Assembly (NCBI GenBank): GCA_913050095.1
Contig: CAJXAV010000005.1
Coordinates: 1 to 57,067, forward strand
Origin: an uncultured Gammaproteobacteria bacterium
GTDB taxonomy: Bacteria > Pseudomonadota > Gammaproteobacteria > Poriferisulfidales > GCA-002705445
Direction of reading: 5' to 3'
Length of the DNA stretch: 57,067 nucleotides
The position numbers and the translations under genes are program-made. Every line of letters starts with the position of its first letter. The stretch's first letter is position 1. Under the pieces are notes generated by a model. The model did no database searches. It was not told where the DNA came from and saw nothing but the letters and a program-made list of their open reading frames with translations. Shown one piece after another: positions 52,483 through 57,067 of the stretch.

Positions 52483-53400
52483 ATGAATATTAGAGATCTA
52501 GAATATTTAATTGCAGTTGCAAAGCACAATAGCTTTATTAAAGCTTCGGAAGAATGTCATGTATCTCAGCCCACATTAAGCGGCCAGATAAAAAAATTAG
52601 AAGATAATCTTGGAGCACAAATTTTTGAAAGAACAACAAAAAGAGTTTCTGTTACAAATTTTGGTAAGGAAATTATAAAAAAAGCTAAAACAATTATCGA
52701 CAAAACCGATGAAATAAAAAATTTATCGTCTGATTATAAAAATCCCTGGCACCAACCTATTAAAATCGGAGTTATACCATCATTAGGCCCATACTTAATA
52801 CCCAACTTTCTTGTAAATTTAAGAAAAAATAATAAAAATTCTAAAATTTATATTGATGAAGATATTACAGAAAATATTACTGAAAAACTTGACAGCAGAG
52901 AACTAGATGCAATTTTATTGGCAACAGATATTGATAAAGAAAAATTTGAACAAATAGAACTATTTGAAGAACCATTTTGGGTAGCTTACACAAAAAATAA
53001 TAAGCTTGATGAACTCGATGAAATAAAAACAGGTGATTTAGATTTAAATCATTTATTGCTATTGTCTGATGGACATTGTCTAAGAGACCAAATTATGGAA
53101 ATTTGGGAAGCATATGATAAGAATAATAATATTTTATCTGAATATGACACTAAAGCATCGAGCTTAGAAACACTTATTAATTTAGTAGCAGTAGGTGAAG
53201 GTTTCACATTTGTTCCGGCATTAGCATTACAATCAGCATGGACGACTGACAAAGGAATACAAGTTAGAAAGTTGAAACATAAAAAAGCGTATCGAAAAAT
53301 ACGTTTAGTTTTTAGAAAAAATTATTATAAGAAAAATTTATTAATTGAGTTATCTAGAACAATTATAGATTTTCTACCAAATACAGTAGCAAAATTATAA
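52483..53400 (+). CDS. oxyR: Hydrogen peroxide sensor OxyR (LysR family); resolving Cys position is Trp
   Basis: MNIRDLEYL, CHVSQPTLSGQIKKLE, GVIPSLGPYL, LLLLSDGHCLRDQ, SLETL..LVA. Confidence 0.9.
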   Translation: MNIRDLEYLIAVAKHNSFIKASEECHVSQPTLSGQIKKLEDNLGAQIFERTTKRVSVTNFGKEIIKKAKTIIDKTDEIKNLSSDYKNPWHQPIKIGVIPSLGPYLIPNFLVNLRKNNKNSKIYIDEDITENITEKLDSRELDAILLATDIDKEKFEQIELFEEPFWVAYTKNNKLDELDEIKTGDLDLNHLLLLSDGHCLRDQIMEIWEAYDKNNNILSEYDTKASSLETLINLVAVGEGFTFVPALALQSAWTTDKGIQVRKLKHKKAYRKIRLVFRKNYYKKNLLIELSRTIIDFLPNTVAKL

Positions 53401-53877
53401 CGACTGCTGTTTTTCCATATCTAATAATATTTTTTTTATATATATGGACTCTATATTTGATTTAATTCCTTTTTTTGAAAACCCTCCAATATTATTTTTT
53501 CCAACAACTCTATGACAAGGTATTAATAAATTTAAAGGGTTATTCTTGCAAGCGTTGCCAACTGGTCTTGGGTGAGAATTACATTTTTTTGCAACCTCAA
53601 AATAACTAATAGTTTCTCCATAAGGAATTTTTATAACTTCTTTTAAAACTTCTCTCTGATAATCGCTTCCAAACAAAAAAAATGGTACGTCGAATTTTTT
53701 TAGCTTTTTTTTGAAATAAAATTTTAACTGCACGTAAAGTTCTTTGTTTATAAAATTTTTAGGTTTTATTTCTGGCCTATTTTGTATAAACCTTAATTCA
53801 GAAATTTTATCATTATAAGATCTAGTACCTATTGTCCCAATTGGACTTAGGAAAACCATCTCATAAATATTAGACAT
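53395..53877 (-). CDS. ogt: Methylated-DNA--protein-cysteine methyltransferase
   Basis: IPYGETISY, R.VGNAC..NP, active site IPCHRVV. Confidence 0.92.
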   Translation of the reverse strand: MSNIYEMVFLSPIGTIGTRSYNDKISELRFIQNRPEIKPKNFINKELYVQLKFYFKKKLKKFDVPFFLFGSDYQREVLKEVIKIPYGETISYFEVAKKCNSHPRPVGNACKNNPLNLLIPCHRVVGKNNIGGFSKKGIKSNIESIYIKKILLDMEKQQSL

Positions 53878-53885
53878 TTTTTAAA

Positions 53886-54236
53886 TTATTTTTTAGTGGT
53901 GAGTTTTTCTTTAATTCTAGCTGCTTTACCAGTAAGCTCTCGGAGATAGTACAACTTAGAACGTCTTACTTTACCTCTTCTTTTAAGCTCAATACCTGCA
54001 ATTAATGGGCTATGAGTTTGAAATACTCTTTCTACGCCTTCACCATGTGAAATTTTTCTGACTGTGAACGAAGAATTTACACCTCGATTTTTTACAGCTA
54101 TTACAACACCTTCAAAGGCTTGTAGTCTTTCTCTTTCGCCCTCTTTTACTCTTACTTGCACAACAATGTCATCACCTGGAGAAAACTCAGGTACTGATTT
54201 TAGCTGCTCTTTATTAATTTCATCTATAATATTCAT
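53886..54236 (-). CDS. rplS: 50S ribosomal protein L19
   Basis: [40 protein letters not shown]. Confidence 0.98.
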   Translation of the reverse strand: MNIIDEINKEQLKSVPEFSPGDDIVVQVRVKEGERERLQAFEGVVIAVKNRGVNSSFTVRKISHGEGVERVFQTHSPLIAGIELKRRGKVRRSKLYYLRELTGKAARIKEKLTTKK

Positions 54237-54280
54237 AGTCTATCTCTGTTAGAGAACAGATGATATCTTCTGTTGGGCTT

Positions 54281-54979
54281 TTATGAAAGCTTTTTTTTAA
54301 TTAAATCGCTTCTTTTGTTGTTTGTAACAAATATTGACTGTTTTTTTCTCCATTTTTTTATTTCTTCATGATTACCACTGAGTAATACATCTGGTACTCT
54401 CAAGTTTTCCACCATTTCGGGTCGAGTATAATGCGGGTATTCTAAATAGCCATTTTCAAAGGACTCATCTTTATTAGAGTCTTTATGACCCAAAACACCG
54501 GGAATCATTCTGGCAATTGCATCAATTACAACACACGCAGCAATTTCTCCACCACTTAAAACATAATCACCAATTGACCATTCCTCATCAACTTCTAAAT
54601 CAATAAATCTCTGATCCACCCCTTCATACCTTCCGGCTATAAGGATTAAATTATGGTTGTCAGCAGTATCTTTTATAACTTCTTGGTCAATCTTTTTCCC
54701 TTTTGGAGAAAGATAAATACATTTATAATTTTCTAATTTTGACTTTGCATATCTAGTTGCTTCAATTAATGGTTTTGCCTGAATAACCATACCTGGGCCG
54801 CCGCCATATGGTTTATCATCAATATATCCATTTTTATCAGAAAATTTTCTAAGATCTATTGATTCAATATTTATTAAAGATTTATTTTGGCCATTTTTTA
54901 AAACTCCATAATTAATAAAATCATTTATTAATTTAGGAAAGACAGATATGACGAATATTTGTTTAATATCGTTACTCAT
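54281..54979 (-). CDS. trmD: tRNA (guanine-N1)-methyltransferase
   Basis: DDKPYGGGPGMV, GRYEGVDQR, SIGDYVLSGGE, LEYPHYTRP. Confidence 0.97.
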   Translation of the reverse strand: MSNDIKQIFVISVFPKLINDFINYGVLKNGQNKSLINIESIDLRKFSDKNGYIDDKPYGGGPGMVIQAKPLIEATRYAKSKLENYKCIYLSPKGKKIDQEVIKDTADNHNLILIAGRYEGVDQRFIDLEVDEEWSIGDYVLSGGEIAACVVIDAIARMIPGVLGHKDSNKDESFENGYLEYPHYTRPEMVENLRVPDVLLSGNHEEIKKWRKKQSIFVTNNKRSDLIKKKLS

Positions 54980-55478
54980 AATAAATATTATTAATTATTA
55001 TTTTTTTATCTTTTAAAGAAATTTTCTTTATAGATTCTCCATACAAATAAGGTATAAGATATTCTTTATTACCTTGAATTACTAAAACATCATTAGATCC
55101 TGTTTCAATTATATCACTTACTACACCAATTTTATCATCATTTTCTAAGTAAACTTCAAGCCCGATCAGTTCTTCCCAGTAAAATTGATTTACTTCAAGT
55201 TCATCTAATTGATCATTCTCAATGTATAAATATTTACCTATATATTTTTCTAATTCTTCTCGTGAATTATAATTTTCAAATTTAATTTTGATATTTTTAT
55301 CAAAAATAATTTTTTCGACTTTTAATTGAATGTAGTTATTTTCTTCATTTGATATAAAGAAATAACTGTATTTTGAGAATTTTTCTGGTGTTTCTGAATA
55401 AGAATAGATTTTAAGCCATCCTTTTAAACCCTGATGTGCTTGAATTTTTGCAATTAAAATTTTTTTTGAATCTGACAA
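54972..55478 (-). CDS. rimM: Ribosome maturation factor RimM
   Basis: GLKGWLKI, FYWEELIG, ETGSNDVLVI, LIPY; between rpsP and trmD; TTG start. Confidence 0.93.
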   Translation of the reverse strand: MSDSKKILIAKIQAHQGLKGWLKIYSYSETPEKFSKYSYFFISNEENNYIQLKVEKIIFDKNIKIKFENYNSREELEKYIGKYLYIENDQLDELEVNQFYWEELIGLEVYLENDDKIGVVSDIIETGSNDVLVIQGNKEYLIPYLYGESIKKISLKDKKIIINNIYYE

Positions 55479-55488
55479 GTCTTTTATT

Positions 55489-55725
55489 TTAAGCTTGCTT
55501 TAATAACTTAGAAACCCTTTCAGATGTCTGTGCACCTACCGATATCCAATAATCAATTCTTTCTTGATTGATATGCAGCTTTATCTCCTGACCAGTTGCC
55601 ATAGGATTGAAGAATCCTAATCTTTCTATGTAACCACTACCTCTTCTTTTTCTAGAATCAGTTGCTACTAAATGATAGAAAGGCTTTTTCTTGGCGCCAC
55701 CTCTTGATAATCTTATTTTTACCAT
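55489..55725 (-). CDS. rpsP: 30S ribosomal protein S16
   Basis: [34 protein letters not shown]. Start placed at 55725. Confidence 0.97.
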   Translation of the reverse strand: MVKIRLSRGGAKKKPFYHLVATDSRKRRGSGYIERLGFFNPMATGQEIKLHINQERIDYWISVGAQTSERVSKLLKQA

Positions 55726-55815
55726 ATTAACAAATCGCTCTTCGACATATTTTTTTAGAATGGGTATTCTACTTGAAAACATACTAATAAGTAAAGATTA
55801 TACTTTATCAAAGTG

Positions 55816-55821
55816 TATAAT
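55816..55821 (+). promoter_or_regulatory. -10 element of the host tRNA-Leu promoter
   Basis: TATAAT 10 bp upstream of the tRNA 5' end; no convincing -35. Confidence 0.5.
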
Positions 55822-55831
55822 ATTCCAAAAT

Positions 55832-55870
55832 GCCGCTGTGGTGGAATTGGTAGACACGTCGGATTCAAAA
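55832..55870 (+). pseudogene. 5' half of host tRNA-Leu(CAA), truncated after the anticodon loop (probable att junction)
   Basis: GCCGCTG-TG-GTGGAATTGGTAGACAC-G-TCGGA-TT-CAA-AA, then GTATTC instead of the TCCGA needed to close the anticodon stem. No variable arm, T arm or CAGCGGC acceptor strand in the rest of the window. Confidence 0.88.
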
Positions 55871-55933
55871 GTATTCATATATCCTTTGTTTTACTCTACA
55901 ACCTTTTACATACAACATTCTTAGTTAATAATG

Positions 55934-55972
55934 GACTCGGACTCTACTCGGACCCTTGCTGACCGACTCGGT
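55934..55972 (+). repeat. ACTCGG direct repeats (candidate integrase arm-type sites)
   Basis: ACTCGGAC at 55935 and 55946 (11-bp period) and ACTCGG at 55966; GC-rich patch in an AT-rich background. Confidence 0.6.
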
Positions 55973-56011
55973 AACGTAAATGGTCTGAGTTTAAAAAGAA
56001 ATAAGAAGTTC

Positions 56012-56093
56012 TAGTCGTGGTCGGACTCGAACCGACATGTCTTGCGACAAGGGTTTTTGAGACCCTCATGTATACCAATTCCATCACACGACC
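56012..56093 (-). tRNA. tRNA-Leu (CAA), element-borne, no encoded CCA
   Basis: Minus strand GGTCGTG-TG-ATGGAATTGGTATACAT-G-AGGGT-CT-CAA-AA-ACCCT-TGTCGCAAGACAT-GTCGG-TTCGAGT-CCGAC-CACGACT-A: all stems pair, long variable arm, discriminator A, followed by GAA rather than CCA. Confidence 0.93.
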
Positions 56094-56145
56094 AGATGAT
56101 TTTATTTTATCAGTCAAAGTTGTTTGTTACTAGATGGTTAAAACA

Positions 56146-56655
56146 TTAATTACTACCAAATAGTCTCCAGTTAATCTGAGTTACCATTAACCACATATAA
56201 AATAATGCCTCTAATATTAAAATGAACCATACAAAAAAAACATGTATGTCATTTCTATCCAGAAAATCCTTTGTTAACATTGTAATTGGAACTATTGAGA
56301 GAAAGTATAAAACCCCCAATATATTTTTAAAAATAGATGGTTCAAAGTTTCTTAAATACTCTTCTTTCGCCTTATTTTTTTTTGCTTGTTTTTGGTCAAC
56401 AATATAAGAAATATTTTTCGGTTTATCGTTTACCCATATTGCTTTAAATTCTGTCCCATCAGGGAAACTTATTTTTCCTTCACCGCACATTTTATCATTT
56501 TCCCAATTTCCTGAATAAAATGTCCCTGGAGATATTTCTGTTTTAAGATGCCAACCTTCTTTATTTTTGTTTGTAACCGTAAAATAATTATTCTCTTTAC
56601 GAAGTAATTTTATTTTTTCAGTTAAATAATCTTCAAGGTTTATTTGTGTTTTCAT
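56146..56655 (-). CDS. Hypothetical membrane protein with MORN-like repeat
   Basis: FYSGNWENDKMCGEGKISFPDGTEFKAIWVNDK matches the MORN pattern; two C-terminal hydrophobic helices. Confidence 0.72.
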   Translation of the reverse strand: MKTQINLEDYLTEKIKLLRKENNYFTVTNKNKEGWHLKTEISPGTFYSGNWENDKMCGEGKISFPDGTEFKAIWVNDKPKNISYIVDQKQAKKNKAKEEYLRNFEPSIFKNILGVLYFLSIVPITMLTKDFLDRNDIHVFFVWFILILEALFYMWLMVTQINWRLFGSN

Positions 56656-57065
56656 TTCTTTTCACATTTGTGCATTTCTAATCGACCCGTTTTCATGCCC
56701 CAACTAGCAAATTTATCAACTGTATTTAGTTTCCAATAATACTTTTTTCCTTTATTACTTGTATAACTACCTATAACTAAGTTTTCTGTTGATTCTCTTG
56801 GAGTTCTGTATTCAAAATCACCTTCATAAAATGAATCTATGTTAACCCAATTAAGAGGATCACCATAAGTATGTTGTGCATACTCACCGATTGCCTTAGG
56901 ATAGAATCCTGCTGCAAAATCATTAATTTGCTTTTTAACAATACTACTTTCTTTACCACTAACATTAAGGATACTTAATCTAGCATTTTCATCAAAGAAT
57001 GACTTTTCTCTAGATCCTTTACTACTAATATCATCATCCCAAGTTATTACCTGACCATTACTTAT
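56652..57065 (-). CDS. Hypothetical protein (5' end beyond the window)
   Basis: Open frame translated by hand: ...ISNGQVITWDDDISSKGSREKSFFDENARLS...KYYWKLNTVDKFASWGMKTGRLEMHKCEKK*. Its TGA overlaps the next ATG (ATGA coupling). Confidence 0.72.
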   Translation of the reverse strand: MSNGQVITWDDDISSKGSREKSFFDENARLSILNVSGKESSIVKKQINDFAAGFYPKAIGEYAQHTYGDPLNWVNIDSFYEGDFEYRTPRESTENLVIGSYTSNKGKKYYWKLNTVDKFASWGMKTGRLEMHKCEKK

Positions 57066-57067
57066 AA

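Larger units (their letters stand above)
55871..57067. mobile_element. Left end of a prophage or genomic island integrated in tRNA-Leu(CAA)
   Basis: Abrupt tRNA break, arm-site-like repeats, a foreign tRNA and non-core genes. No integrase lies within the window. Confidence 0.72.

Noticed and set aside
55691-55924. 77-aa plus-strand ORF
   Set aside because: It runs antisense to rpsP and through the tRNA half and junction; spurious.
55934-55972. ACTCGG repeats as a CRISPR or REP element
   Set aside because: Units are 6-8 bp with no spacers and no cas genes; no CRISPR array is seen anywhere in the window.
1367-56407. Many 60-132 aa ORFs antisense to or nested within identified genes (e.g. 1367-1735, 15222-15620, 28466-28813, 35286-35606, 39864-40199)
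   Set aside because: They lie wholly over well-supported genes, have no motifs and read as shadow frames.
55864-57067. Group I intron in tRNA-Leu as the cause of the break
   Set aside because: Known tRNA-Leu introns are in UAA tRNAs and insert within the anticodon. Here the break follows the whole loop, no 3' exon is nearby, and the insert holds a tRNA and ORFs on the opposite strand.

Overview
57 kb of very AT-rich (roughly 30% GC by eye), gene-dense chromosome with short or overlapping intergenic regions. Gene order suggests a streamlined, probably marine Gammaproteobacterium sensu lato (inference). Nearly all of the window is core genome: the pho locus (phoU, pstCAB, phoR-phoB), an AgcS symporter, nadC, a BtuB-like TonB receptor, purC/purEK, acuI, uvrB, an aminotransferase, tRNA-Asn, the gyrA-pheA-tyrA-aroA-cmk-rpsA-ihfB-lapAB-pyrF-galU block, ubiG-gph, a 3-subunit transhydrogenase, scpAB, yciB, mlaA, argG, grxD, a NAGGN-type amidotransferase, queG, pcnB-folK-dNK-panBCD-pgi, an OxyR-divergent rubrerythrin/Fe-S oxidoreductase/DUF3501 module, ogt and rpsP-rimM-trmD-rplS. 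The most striking feature is at the right end. The host tRNA-Leu(CAA) stops exactly after its anticodon loop (55870). It is followed by GC-rich ACTCGG direct repeats, then a complete, sequence-divergent, CCA-less tRNA-Leu(CAA) on the opposite strand, then unknown genes. This looks like the border of an integrated element that breaks the host tRNA and supplies its own same-anticodon replacement. Other notable points are an OxyR whose resolving Cys is replaced by Trp, alternative hairpins in the trmD-rplS spacer, and a structured leader before the TonB receptor. All assignments come from reading motifs by eye; no database searches were run.
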